From Paraspadella gotoi (taxonomy: Eukaryota; Animalia; Chaetognatha): 63,819 nt of DNA. Within the stretch, counting starts at the first letter, position 1; each line of letters opens with the position of its first letter. The DNA is taken from positions 20,474,371 to 20,538,189 of the forward strand of contig CM119269.1 in the NCBI GenBank assembly GCA_051294375.1, read 5' to 3'. Positions 51,401-63,819 of the stretch are shown here, piece by piece. Both the position numbers and the translations under genes were made by a program. The notes under the pieces are model-generated. The model was not told where the DNA came from. It saw only the letters and a list, made by a program, of their open reading frames with translations, and searched no databases.

Positions 51401-54400
51401 AAAAATGGCAGAGTAGAGAGATTTATAGGGAGCGTAGTTAATTATCGAATGAGCAACAGTAGTAATCGGCAACACCTGGGTCTCGTTGATGAACTAGCAA
51501 TTCGAACACCGTGTTGCGATTCTTTTACATGCGGTAGGTTCGTCTTGGTAGTGAGAAAATTGATCTCATGAGGGGAGGAGTTGATTAAGCAATGAGAGTT
51601 GAGCTGAGGGGGACGTAAAACAGTCAAACCGGTGCATCACGGCCGTGCCGCGCAGGAGCAACGTCAAGCAGCGTCCAAATCCCGAGCCCGTGTGCCCAGT
51701 AAGGGGGAGACGAGCGCTTAACCCGCCTGTTAACACGGGGGACAGCCGGAGCGAGCGCGGGGGCGAAGAGGTGAACGGGGCTCCACAACGCAGAACAAGG
51801 TAGGTTGCGCTGCAGGGGAAGATGGCGGAAAAGACGGAGTAAAAGATTAAGAAGCTAGGGAAGGGTGGGAAAAAAGGAGTGACGGTGAACGGTGCGCTGG
51901 AAGATGGAAAAAAAGCGAATGTATGGTCAGACAATAGGCAAAAAGTGAAACGAGGAACGCGTAGAACGGAATGAGACTGATTAAACAAGACCGCACTGGA
52001 AAAGCGAGTAGGCTGCCTTACATAGGCACGCCCAAGGCCAGCCCTCCCGTCTAGGAAAATGCATGTCCTCCTCCGGCCCTTGAACAGTACCAGTCACCAG
52101 TCAACCTGACACGCTCGTTCCGACACCCTCCCGTCCCAAATGAGTAAAACGCTCTCTCGTCCGAGCATCATGTTCGCGGCCCTCGTACAAGACTTGAACG
52201 GATAAAAGCAAAATGTAACTAAGCATAAAACAAGTGCGATCTCGGAATGACGTCACGAGGTGCGCATCACACGACCGTCCGCGAAGCGTTGTCGCACGCT
52301 GTCGGCTACAGACTCGCCTCCTCGGTACCCTGGAGCCACGGGCGGGTGACGGTTCCTTGCCGCGAAACAAACATGCGACAAGCGAACTTAAACGAGCGGA
52401 AAAGGGTGCGTGGGCGAAAAACTGAAACGTGCTGCAGCGTGCGAGTCTCTCTCTCTTCTCTCACTCCGTAGCCTCTGGGGAGCAGAGAACTATATTCTCT
52501 TTGACAGTGTCCGGTGCATCGGTGCGAGAAAGAGTGGAACAACAAACCCAAGAGGGGCCAACGAGCCAAACGCCAAAGCGAGCCAGTCCAAACGCCAATG
52601 CCGTATAAGGAGCGATCAATAGCCCTGGGGCAAGGCACACCAATATTAGGAAACGGGATATCTCGAGACGACAAAACAATGAAAAGAGATAAGCAGCTGA
52701 GCCTAAGTGTGAGAAAGAAGTTGACCGAGGTGCGCAACTGGCACAAGCACGCGTCAAAATGAATACAAAAATGCTCCAAAAAAAGTAGAAAGAAGGCGCG
52801 ATAAGTAGGAGCCAAACCGGATGATTCAGAATAAAAATTAAAGAAACGACGAAAACGGAAGATAACGAACCACTAGTACCAGAGCAACAATTAATATAGC
52901 TTTTTTTCTTTCTGGAGGTTTCTTCTGTGGTGCCATTACGTGTACGTGTAAACTAACAGCGTCGTTCCGAACAGGCAAACAGTGTTCAATTTATGGAGAC
53001 ATAAGGTGCGTACACCGTGAACGACTCCAAACTTCTTTACGCAAAATATATAAAAAACAAATAAATTATCACGAGGGCTGTCAGTTTTAGTTCTGTGGTA
53101 CGTAACTCAATGGACATATGGTACAATCAAATGACTTGCAGGGTTGGCGTGCGAAAAAATATATATATAACAAACAGGACTTGGAAATTGAAAGAAAGTT
53201 CCATAGTACCACTGGGGATAGGCAACTGAAGCCATTGCAGAATCATGTCACGATAAACTGCCAACACCGGTGAAAGCTTAGCGAATATAAAAGGGAAGAG
53301 GAACGGATTTCACGAAAAAAAAGGTGGTAGTGCAGAGAACTCATAACCCCATATGGCAAACAAGATGCAATAAGCAGCAAGCGAAGAATGAATGGGAAGA
53401 TACAAACTCAACTGGGGATAGAAGCAAATGCACCTCGAACCGAAGGTTCACCAAAGACTTTTTAACCGTAACACGCGTGGCCGGCAGCGATGGGGTAAGA
53501 TAGTGAGATCGAGAACAGGTGCAAGAAGGATGAAAAGAACCATAAACAAAAAAATACGTGGACTAAAAAACGGCACCTACAAATGTGGTAAATGCTGCGG
53601 CTACCACAAGGGATACGAAAAGGAAAAACAGTGCCCCGCCACAGACTACCAAGTGAATCCGGGTAAAAGAAACCTGCCGCCAAAGGACATAATAGCAAGT
53701 TAATCGTACATGTAGCAAGCAAAGCGGTAAACAGCATGAGAGAAGAAAAGAAATACACTGCTTCTGTATGTACCATATGGCCTTCAGCTGAGAGTCGTGG
53801 GTTATTTTGGCGAAGTTACATACCGAACAATCTATGCTCAAGGATGCGGACAGCAGCAGCAGAGAGCGCCGAAAACAAAATAGGTGGGAAAAGTTGTCAA
53901 ACGAAACTGGGGAAACGAGAGACAACACAGCGCAGCCCGGGAGACAACTAACCAGAAAAAAGGATGACGGGATCTGACAAGAGAAAGGAAAAGGGGGGGT
54001 GATATAATTTATCGAGTGTGAGGTGAGGTGGAAACATTAATCTGAGGGAAGTGATAAAAACAAAGTGGGATCATTTTGTATAAACAAGGTGGAAAGTTCT
54101 GAAGGACTTACGAAAGAAAAATGAAAAAAGCCAAAGCATGTGAAGGGAAAAGGACCATTACAACGAGGCTCGGAGTTAACAAGCCGGAAATGGAAAAGCA
54201 GACCTTTAAAGCGCCATGACAAATCATACAAGTGAGGCAAAGATAAAGAGAGAAAGACCTACTCAGTGAGCTATGAAAACAGAGAAGCCATGGGCCCAAG
54301 CACTTTGTGGCTAATTCATCCTCATTTTGTACTTGTGACTCAGTAAAGCAAGTATGTTGTCCATCAGACTAAAAAAGAAAGTTATCTAGCGCATTCTTGA

Positions 54401-57400
54401 GCAGGAGCCGTTCAGTATGGCCTGAATTAAAAAAAGAACAGACCTGTTGAGAATTCTTCGGTTAACGTAAAACATGAGTTGTTACACCACTTAGAGGTCA
54501 TTTTGGTGGAAAAAAAAAGAATACGAAAGGAAAAGTGTAAACAGACCCTAAGTAGTACAGCTTAAGGTGAGACTATATCGAAAAGATAGAGAAGGAGGCG
54601 CACGAAGAACGACAGCGGGGAGCGCTGGGGAGTAGTCAAAGGAATGGGGACAAGGGGTGCGTTAGCCAAAGCAGAAGTGCCGGAGCATCGTTGAAGTTAA
54701 AAATGGATCGCAGGGGAAGAAATAAGAAGGCTCGAAGCGGTACAGAAGTGGGAATGCGATTAAGACAAAAATAACCAGCATGATGAAAAAGAAGTCACAT
54801 GTAGAAAAACGCTGTGAAATGTCCTGGCTAGATATATATATATACGGAAAAAAAGGGTGAGAAAGTGAAAAAGTCTTGACTAACAGATTAACGGCCGAAA
54901 TATATGATGACGTGTTAGGAGAGAGGGGAAACGGGCACCGGAGTGGACAAAAAGGAGGCTCGAACACTGTGATGTGAGAGATAACTTATACAGTATTGAC
55001 ATAGGCAAACAAAGAACGGAATGTTGGGACGACGTTACGGATTATACTAAATCAGCGTAGCCCATGTGCAGGAATTGACGTGTTCAAATGACGTTTACTT
55101 ATGGGCGCGTAAATAGCAAGTGTGACACCATGTAGCGAAGTAAAAAAAGCTGTTATGAAAAACTGGGGCTACAGCCATACAGATATGACTAGAGCTATGT
55201 GTAACTTAAAGCTATACCGCGATGAAAGCGAGCAAGGGTGGGTTTCTAGGATCGGGAGATACGGTAGCCGCCTGGGTGAGTTACGAATAGCAGAATGGCA
55301 TGAGCTAAGACACTTAGAAGTGCGGGCCAAACCACCCGAGACGGGCGAAGTCAAAAAGATGTGGAATAAGTAAATGGGGAACAAAACCGAGGAAAGAGGT
55401 GGGAAGTTCGACTGGTGTGGGAATTCCAGACGGGCGTTAGCATTGGCGCAGCCGAGACTCAACCACAAAAGGAACGGTGCCAGAGATGAGGAAGCCAAAA
55501 ACACAAGAAGCAATTAAACTGGAAAATGAAAAGGGGAAAACGATGACGATTGTGCGTAAATGATGCGGAGTTGCAGAGATGCGAAAACGATAAGACACCC
55601 CCTGGGCAAATGCAGGAAAACATACCGTATAATGCCAGCTTATCGGGCCTCAAAAAGGCGCGCAAAGCGAGTGGTGTCCGCCGTGTGCCAACGAGCAGTT
55701 GAAAACATAAACCATGCCGACGTCGCAGAAGAGGGGGGTTTCAAATCGGTAGTGTCGCTCGCCATGGGCCTGTTGTCACGGCGGAAACGTTGTCAGATGG
55801 CGAAAAGTGAAGAGAGAGGCGGAGATCATTGGGTAAAGTGCGAAGGAGGGAAAAGCGGAAGCGACTGAATGTAGCGGGAGCCGTAGTGGCTATGCGGTGG
55901 AACAAGGGGCTAGGTCCCGAGTATGCGGCAAAGCTGAGAAATGTCAAAGCCAGATAGCGGGTCAACGGAAAAGACATGGTAAGCTGGAGCCATCACAAAA
56001 ACAGTACAATGAGAAGGGGGGGTGTGGGCGTGTAAATTCTGGATTAGACAAGAAAGTAAAAAAAATGGATGAAACGACGAACAATGCTGGATGGGAAACT
56101 AAAAGGGGTAGTGCGCGCGAGGAGGCTAGAGGATAAAACCGTATTACTTGAAATTGCAGGCGCGTGTTCAAGAACAGAACATTAAGGAAGGGCACCTAGG
56201 AGTAAAAGATCGCGTGAAAAAAAGGACGAACTGGAAGAAGAGTTTTTGGAAGTCTGCAGTTGAAGTGGGGAAGTCCTTCGGCCGGGCAGGGGATGATTCT
56301 AGCACCAAACGCCTGATTAATAAAAAGGCAGGCAATAGGTGCATCGGACTATGCGGAATATTCAGTTGGGGCTGGCTGTCGGACGTAAAATAGATACTGA
56401 TAGGAAAGTACGAAGTATGACGTAGACCTTAGAATAAGAGGATACGTGTACTATTGTGATTTCATACTATATAAGAGAGAGTAATGAGTATAAATATATG
56501 ATAGAACAGAAGCTCAACAAATCTGTCGGTAGGGCGAAAAAAATGGGGAACGGACGAGGCAAGGCCGCAACCAACGAACTCCACACTTGGGACACAGATA
56601 GCTGGTTGATTACGTCCTAATTAAGCGTCAGTGTGGCCAAGAAAAGATTTACGTTTGATGGTGGGCGGAAGACAAATTGTTATAAGAAGAAAGGGTTAAG
56701 ATGTGTCTGAGACTGACACTGGAGCGGAGTGGTGATCGCCGACAGATTGGATAAAAAACATAAAAAGGCACAGTGTCAGCTCTCTTCAGGAAGCGGCAGC
56801 CACGCAAAAAACGATTTGATGGTAAAAACACATTACGTTGTCGAGACTGTGCTGCGTCCTCGTGTAGGTTGCGATGTCTTCTCGCAAACGTGGCGCAAAC
56901 GTATAAATAACGAGAAAACAACGAAATATGAGGCGGGAAGGAAAGGAAGCAGGGTAGGGGAATGCCAACAGGAATGGGAAGAACAAAAACGCTCTGTCGA
57001 AGCGGAGAGCGTGAGAGGCGATCTATGTCACACAAAAGACTCAGCGGTCTTTTGAGGATCAGGTTGGCAGGGGCGTAGGGTGAAATGGCTTATGTGGTGC
57101 AGTTAACTGAATGTTCTGAAGCGTTCTGGAGTGAAGGAATAAAAATTAAGGGACTTCAATATTCATCTTCGATATCGCGGGGGCTGGAGAGAGAAGTACG
57201 GACCGTGCCTAATAAACCGAACAGCATAATAAGCGCGCGGCGAAGGAAAAAGTAAGCCAAAAGGGTAGATAATATATGTCTCGCAAAATGGCTTGTACTT
57301 CTTATTTCATTCTCTGTCTAGCACTTCTCACTTCTTTCATTTAAGGTAATACAAACTGAATACTTGTGTCTGGTTCAGATCATTTAAGTTCGACGTGATT

Positions 57401-58149
57401 TGTATATTATTCTCATTTAATATCTTCGATCTAGTATTTTACTTACTTTTTGATCCTCTGATTATCTCATATTAGTTATATATAACAAATATTGTCTCGA
57501 ATTAATATAATAATAAATACGCGACGAATACAAAATGAAGTTTTTTCTTAATTTTATTCTTCCTGGACCAGAGAAAAATGAACAAAAAACTAATTATCAA
57601 TATGCTTCCTGAGATATATCAGCACATAACTTCCGCTTTCATTCTGTGTCTCTTTCCGAGAAAGTTGTTTCGCCTCTTTTCCTTGCCAGACTTTATACAG
57701 ATCAATCTCAAATGTTCTTTTTTCATGAACGTACGTAAAAGGACGTGAGAAAAAAAAACTGCTAATTAAGCAGACTACAACAGTATCGAAGAAGGAGAAG
57801 AGAAAGAAAAGTAAATGTAAGCAGAAGAGACGAAAAAAGAACAAAAAGACCGTAATTGTGGTCGATTACGAGGGGCAGACAAAAAGCAAATATGTTTTTT
57901 AATTTATATTATTTATAATTGGATTAGATAATTGTTAGAAAAGATAATTTATAAAAGAAAAGCATATTTATAACGTAGCAATCAACGGGTTATTATACTA
58001 AATATAGAGTAGGTGGAGTGATGAAAATTGAGCAATTTAACATAATTTTTTGCCTTTATATGCGTCTATTATGATTAAATATATTAGTATATTGTATTCT
58101 TTCGAATGATGCTGAACTTGTAGGTAATTTTGTAGTCTTCTGTCTGCTC
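45431..58149. other. ~12.7 kb featureless, A/G-skewed sequence, probable low-quality long-read noise
   Basis: Contiguous with the degraded ghost copy, with drifting composition. It has no microsatellites in an otherwise microsatellite-dense window and no recognisable ORF (longest 199 aa, no motifs). It ends at a 25-N gap. Confidence 0.7.
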
Positions 58150-58425
58150 NNNNNNNNNNNNNNNNNNNNNNNNNCATTAATTCCATTTAATGCAGTTATT
58201 GTGGATATGGAATTGGAGAGAAAACAACCTGGAGATAATGTTGACAGTCTATTATTGTTAATGATGAGAATAATCTTGATTCAAAATATTATTGTAATAT
58301 AATTAACTATAGCAATCAATAATTCGTACCAATTAAATATCATTTTTTTAAAGTTCTTTAATATAATTAATTTACCGTGAGTTAAAAAAAAAGCTTCACG
58401 AAAAATGTTCCCACCCGCACTGTAG

Positions 58426-58650
58426 GAGTCCTACCTCGACCACCTGAAATTCGTTCCCAACCAAAACGAAGACTTCGCCAAACTCGTGGCCGCCTTCCAC
58501 CGCCAGCACGCCGGTCAAACGCCGGCGGAGTCGGAGTTCAACTACCTGGTCATCGGGAAGCAGTTGGAACTGTACGGCATCGATCTGCACAACGCGAAGA
58601 TCAGGGATTCCACCAACAAGGACATCCAGGTGGGCCTCGGGTGGATAGGG
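58426..58650 (+). CDS. PTPN4: PTPN4/Ptpmeg-like FERM F2/F3 exon (ESYLDHLKFVPNQNEDFAKLVAAFHRQHAGQTPAESEFNYLVIGKQLELYGIDLHNAKIRDSTNKDIQVG...)
   Basis: TAG acceptor at 58423-58425 (TAGGAG tandem acceptor). FxPNQ, HxxHxGxTPAESEFNYL and LELYG motifs of the FERM domain. The 3' boundary is uncertain: donor at 58630 (CAG|GTGGGC) or near 58650 at the gap edge. Confidence 0.9.
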
Positions 58651-60563
58651 NNNNNNNNNNNNNNNNNNNNNNNNNNNNNNNNNNNNNNNNNNNNNNNNNN
58701 NNNNNNNNNNNNNNNNNNNNNNNNNNNNNNNNNNNNNNNNNNNNNNNNNNNNNNNNNNNNNNNNNNNNNNNNNNNNNNNNNNNNNNNNNNNNNNNNNNNN
58801 NNNNNNNNNNNNNNNNNNNNNNNNNNNNNNNNNNNNNNNNNNNNNNNNNNNNNNNNNNNNNNNNNNNNNNNNNNNNNNNNNNNNNNNNNNNNNNNNNNNN
58901 NNNNNNGCGTCAACGCGGACACCCGAACGTTAAGGCAAACATTGACATCCAATCTGATCCCTAAATCCCTTAATCTGATCCCTAAACCCTAAACCCTTGA
59001 TCCTCAACTTGATCCCTCGTCCCCCTCTCGCGCCCTTCATTCGAATTCTCATCACGGAGTCCGGATGTAATTAAACCTTCGTCAATCGTAGATCCTGTTA
59101 CATACGGGAAACGTCTGACTGGGGAAGTAAAAAGCGAAGGGGAAATTGTCGGACGCCGAAGAATCGGTTTAGCTCAAATCTAATTGGANNNNNNNNNNNN
59201 NNNNNNNNNNNNNNNNNNNNNNNNNNNNNNNNNNNNNNNNNNNNNNNNNNNNNNNNNNNNNNNNNNNNNNNNNNNNNNNNNNNNNNNNNNNNNNNNNNNN
59301 NNNNNNNNNNNNNNNNNNNNNNNNNNNNNNNNNNNNNNNNNNNNNNNNNNNNNNNNNNNNNNNNNNNNNNNNNNNNNNNNNNNNNNNNNNNNNNNNNNNN
59401 NNNNNNNNNNNNNNNNNNNNNNNNNNNNNNNNNNNNNNNNNNNNNNNNNNNNNNNNNNNNNNNNNNNNNNNNNNNNNNNNNNNNNNNNNNNNNNNNNNNN
59501 NNNNNNTGTTCTCCTGACTCTTTTCTTCTGTTCTCCTGACTCTTTTTGTTATTCTGTCTTTTTTATTTCGTTCTCTAGATTCTTTTCTTCTTTTCTTCTT
59601 TTTCTGCTCCTTTTTCTGTTCACCTTTAACTTTTTCTTTTCTCCAAATCTTCTAACTTCATCCAGAAGCTCCAAATGTAGCTATTTTCATTTCAAAGTCT
59701 TTTTATTTCATTCTTACTTACTTTTTATCTATTTTCCTATTCTCTTTTGCCTTCTTTTTTCTTCTTACTACTTTCAATGAGTCATTAGCGTCGATACGTA
59801 TGTTATATTTATGTATAATGTTCTTTCTCCGATTTTTTTCGGCCATTTTTATTTGTCATATTTTCAAAGTTCCAATGTACAATTTTTATTCTATGTCGGT
59901 ATAATACGTACGTAGATGTACGTTTACACGTCCTAAATTACATGATTCATATATGATAAAATTCATAAAATATAAAAATAGAAAATAGTGAAACAAGTAA
60001 TTTGCAAATTTTCATGAATGAAAACGATTTTCAAATGCTCGTAGACGGTCTGTGTCGGCAGCAGAGATTATCAATCATAACACCGAAGATGTAAAGGTAT
60101 TAAAAGAAAAAGATAAAGGTGACAGAGAAAGAGGAGTGTGAGAGAAAGAGAGAAAGGGAGAGAGAAAGAGAGAGAGAGAGAGAGAGGGAGAGAAAAAGAG
60201 AGAGAGAGAGAGACATAAAGAGAGATGGGTAAATTCCCAGAAGCTTCCCTGTGCCGATGAAACGATTCATCAAAACAAATATTCACTGATGGAATTTTCT
60301 CATCAACGATGGAGAGAGNNNNNNNNNNNNNNNNNNNNNNNNNNNNNNNNNNNNNNNNNNNNNNNNNNNNNNNNNNNNNNNNNNNNNNNNNNNNNNNNNN
60401 NNNNNNNNNNNNNNNNNNNNNNNNNNNNNNNNNNNNNNNNNNNNNNNNNNNNNNNNNNNNNNNNNNNNNNNNNNNNNNNNNNNNNNNNNNNNNNNNNNNN
60501 NNNNNNNNNNNNNNNNNNNNNNNNNNNNNNNNNNNNNNNNNNNNNNNNNNNNNNNNNNNNNNN

Positions 60564-60600
<37 letters not shown>

Positions 60601-63600
60601 TGATAATGATAACCGGTTTTTATCAGGGAAACGGCACCTTCAAGAGACGAAGAGACAGAACCTCAGAGAGACAGACTAACAGCGAGATAAACAGATCGTT
60701 TTAGCAAGATGAAGAAATTTAAGAAACCAACGCTGGTTGGGATAACCTGCTCCCTTTCTCGATCCCTCTTGTGCTCTTTAACCTTTGTAAATGTAAGGGT
60801 CAATATCCTTTTTTACTTGTTTTTTTGTTTTTTGACCTTTCAGAATATTTTCATTATTGTTTCCGTTTTTTTTTTTGGTTTTGTTCTTTTCTCAAGCTCT
60901 CCTGAACGTGAAGAGAACCGAGAAGACTCTTGTTTATTGTTATCTTTTTAGTTGATGAATTTTTCTCCAGAGTCTTGGAAATGTTGTAGTTGAGTCAGAT
61001 TGGTCTGACTGGTCGGTCAATTACTTCGTCTGCTTTTCGCTCCCGACGGTGGAAATAATTTTTCTTACGGAAAATAATTAAAAGAAAATTTGTTTTCGTT
61101 TTCGAGACGATTTTCGTAACCAATGAATCATATTTGAATCATATATAGGGGATTTAATTTTGATGAGGGGTCGCTTGTTAATGCGGAATCCTCAGAAACT
61201 GAATTCTGTCCCATGAACGTTCATTGTCGTCTTCGTCATCAAAGTTGTTGTTGTGGTTGTTATTGTTTTCATCGTCGTCTTCTCTCCCGCCGTCCTTATC
61301 TCAGCAAAAACAGAGAAGAGATAAAAACGATTTGTGGTTTTAAGTCGTCGTCCTCCTTGTTGTCGTTGTTGTCGTCGTTGTTGTTGTTGTTAAAGAGGAC
61401 GTTGTGACCGCGTTTTTTTTTCGCTATGGATTTTTTGTTTCGTTTGTTTGCGTTTTTATTCTAATCTAGTTTTCGATTTTGTTTGTTTCTCCTGTTTTCA
61501 TTTTCGTCACCGACACAATTTTNNNNNNNNNNNNNNNNNNNNNNNNNNNNNNNNNNNNNNNNNNNNNNNNNNNNNNNNNNNNNNNNNNNNNNNNNNNNNN
61601 NNNNNNNNNNNNNNNNNNNNNNNNNNNNNNNNNNNNNNNNNNNNNNNNNNNNNNNNNNNNNNNNNNNNNNNNNNNNNNNNNNNNNNNNNNNNNNNNNNNN
61701 NNNNNNNNNGATAAGCAGCGAGGCTCAGGTGTTAGGAGACTGAAATGTGATCTCAGAGAATCCCATCAGAATGTAATCGGCGGGCACCATAGAACGGTTA
61801 GTGGGAAGATATGAGGAGGGGGAAGAAAAGTAGAGGAAGCGAATAAAGGATGGAGAAGTGAACAAGAGTAAGTCAACTCGGTGGGGAGAAAGATGATGTC
61901 CGGGAAAAAAAAATGAAGACAAAGTATTATAAAAAGGTTAGCAGAAGAGGTTCATAGAAAATCGGCCATACGGTAGAGAAGGGAAAAAAGAAATGGGTGA
62001 AAAAGGAGGAAAGGAAGGAAAAGGGAACATAGATAAATGGATGTAGTGAACGGTGAAGGCCTGAATTCGATGCCGGTGAAGAATTGATGGTCGTTGGACC
62101 GCTTTGCGTGGAAGTGAGTGGCGTTAGTCTGAATGATAGTTATGGTCGTGGGTGTGGTTGTAGTGAGGATCCTGAATTTAGGTGATAGAGATGATAGAAG
62201 TTTCTGTGGTGAGAGTTGTGGCCANNNNNNNNNNNNNNNNNNNNNNNNNNNNNNNNNNNNNNNNNNNNNNNNNNNNNNNNNNNNNNNNNNNNNNNNNNNN
62301 NNNNNNNNNNNNNNNNNNNNNNNNNNNNNNNNNNNNNNNNNNNNNNNNNNNNNNNNNNNNNNNNNNNNNNNNNNNNNNNNNNNNNNNNNNNNNNNNNNNN
62401 NNNNNNNNNNNNNNNNNNNNNNNNNNNNNNNNNNNNNNNNNNNNNNNNNNNNNNNNNNNNNNNNNNNNNNNNNNNNNNNNNNNNNNNNNNNNNNNNNNNN
62501 NNNNNNNNNNNNNNNNNNNNNNNNNNNNNNNNNNNNNNNNNNNNNNNNNNNNNNNNNNNNNNNNNNNNNNNNNNNNNNNNNNNNNNNNNNNNNNNNNNNN
62601 NNNNNNNNNNNNNNNNNNNNNNNNNNNNNNNNNNNNNNNNNNNNNNNNNNNNNNNNNNNNNNNNNNNNNNNNNNNNNNNNNNNNNNNNNNNNNNNNNNNN
62701 NNNNNNNNNNNNNNNNNNNNNNNNNNNNNNNNNNNNNNNNNNNNNNNNNNNNNNNNNNNNNNNNNNNNNNNNNNNNNNNNNNNNNNNNNNNNNNNNNNNN
62801 NNNNNNNNNNNNNNNNNNNNNNNNNNNNNNNNNNNNNNNNNNNNNNNNNNNNNNNNNNNNNNNNNNNNNNNNNNNNNNNNNNNNNNNNNNNNNNNNNNNN
62901 NNNNNNNNNNNNNNNNNNNNNCTGATAAAAAAGGCTCCTTTTAGAGTCGCCGACCGCGACGGTCGACCGCCATAAACCTGAGCAGCTGCCGCCACTCGCT
63001 TGGTCTTCCTCTTTGACGAACGCGGATAAAAATATGGGGATAAAAAAGGATAAAACGAAGGGAACCGTCGGCCATTTTTATCAGTTTCTCATCAGTTTCT
63101 ATCAGACAAATATTATTTCTACAGACCGCTCAAACCCGACAAACATTTTTATTTCTTCACAGTCTTTCGCTTTGTATATGCTGGTCACGCTCGCCCCGAT
63201 TGACACTCTTGAGTCAAGAGTCTTGACGTTACCTAATGGTCCCCATGACGTTCATGTTGTTGCCATGAATACCGTTTTTGTAAATCACTAATGATTTACT
63301 TACTTAAATTGTACATTTTTTTTGTCTTTTTTTTTTCAATATTTTTTTCCGTCTATTTAACTTTTCCTTCCTACTTGGAGGATATTTTTTTTAAATTTTA
63401 TTTTATTCTATGTCTTGATCAAAGAATTTTAATCATGTATCAAATATCGAAAAAAAAATATTGTTTTGATTTAGAAAATATTTTTGCATGTACCAAAATG
63501 ATATTAGTGCCCCAATATCAGTTCAGTTTAAGCCCTTAAAAGTGATTTACATGTATAGGCGCAGCGACTGGTTTTTCTCTATCCGCAAACGAAACGATGG

Positions 63601-63819
63601 CCTTCGCGACAGCCACGCGTCACAGAATGTCACAAAGTCTTGACAGCAAGTCTTGTTCATGGCATTTCATTCGGTCGCGTCACATGGCTGCCATGACACC
63701 GTAACTAATGTCAAAAAATGCTACTTAATAGTAAATCATGAGAAAAAAACAATATTGATGAATATCATAACGTGTTTTGTGCGAAGTTGTGGCAGAGGCA
63801 GAGAAAGAGAAAGAAAAAG

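Noticed and set aside
46637-57055. ORFs of 100-199 aa suggesting a viral or bacterial insert
   Set aside because: Lengths are compatible with chance at this GC content. There are no domains, gene-dense organisation or consistent codon bias.
58950-59015. CCCTAAA telomere-like motifs
   Set aside because: Only two or three imperfect units within a short local duplication inside an intron.
59184-62995. Long ORFs in the track spanning N runs
   Set aside because: They are open only because N translates to X. Real PTPN4 exons may be hidden in these gaps but cannot be seen.

Overview
This is eukaryotic (animal, probably invertebrate) genomic DNA: AT-rich, dense in microsatellites and interrupted by many N gaps. 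The only gene I can identify is the 5' part of a FERM-domain protein tyrosine phosphatase of the PTPN4/PTP-MEG (Ptpmeg) type on the + strand. Four coding exons are visible, at about 34670-34752, 37560-37668, 41418-41658 and 58426-58650. Genuine repeats include a Penelope-like GIY-YIG fragment, up to three tRNA-headed SINE-like families, Helentron-like termini, two hairpins with 40-bp arms and two minisatellites. Most of the large-scale structure appears to be long-read gap-filling artefact rather than biology. This comprises a ~9 kb + 9 kb fold-back, a ~1.5 kb noisy tandem duplication of exon 1, a C-depleted 'ghost' copy of the gene inserted twice in opposite orientations, and ~12.7 kb of featureless sequence. 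Each of these blocks lies beside or close to a gap of exactly 25 N, and together they cover roughly 30 kb of the window. I found no convincing novel biological system. The ghost copy does allow the probable true gene structure and some gap contents to be inferred.
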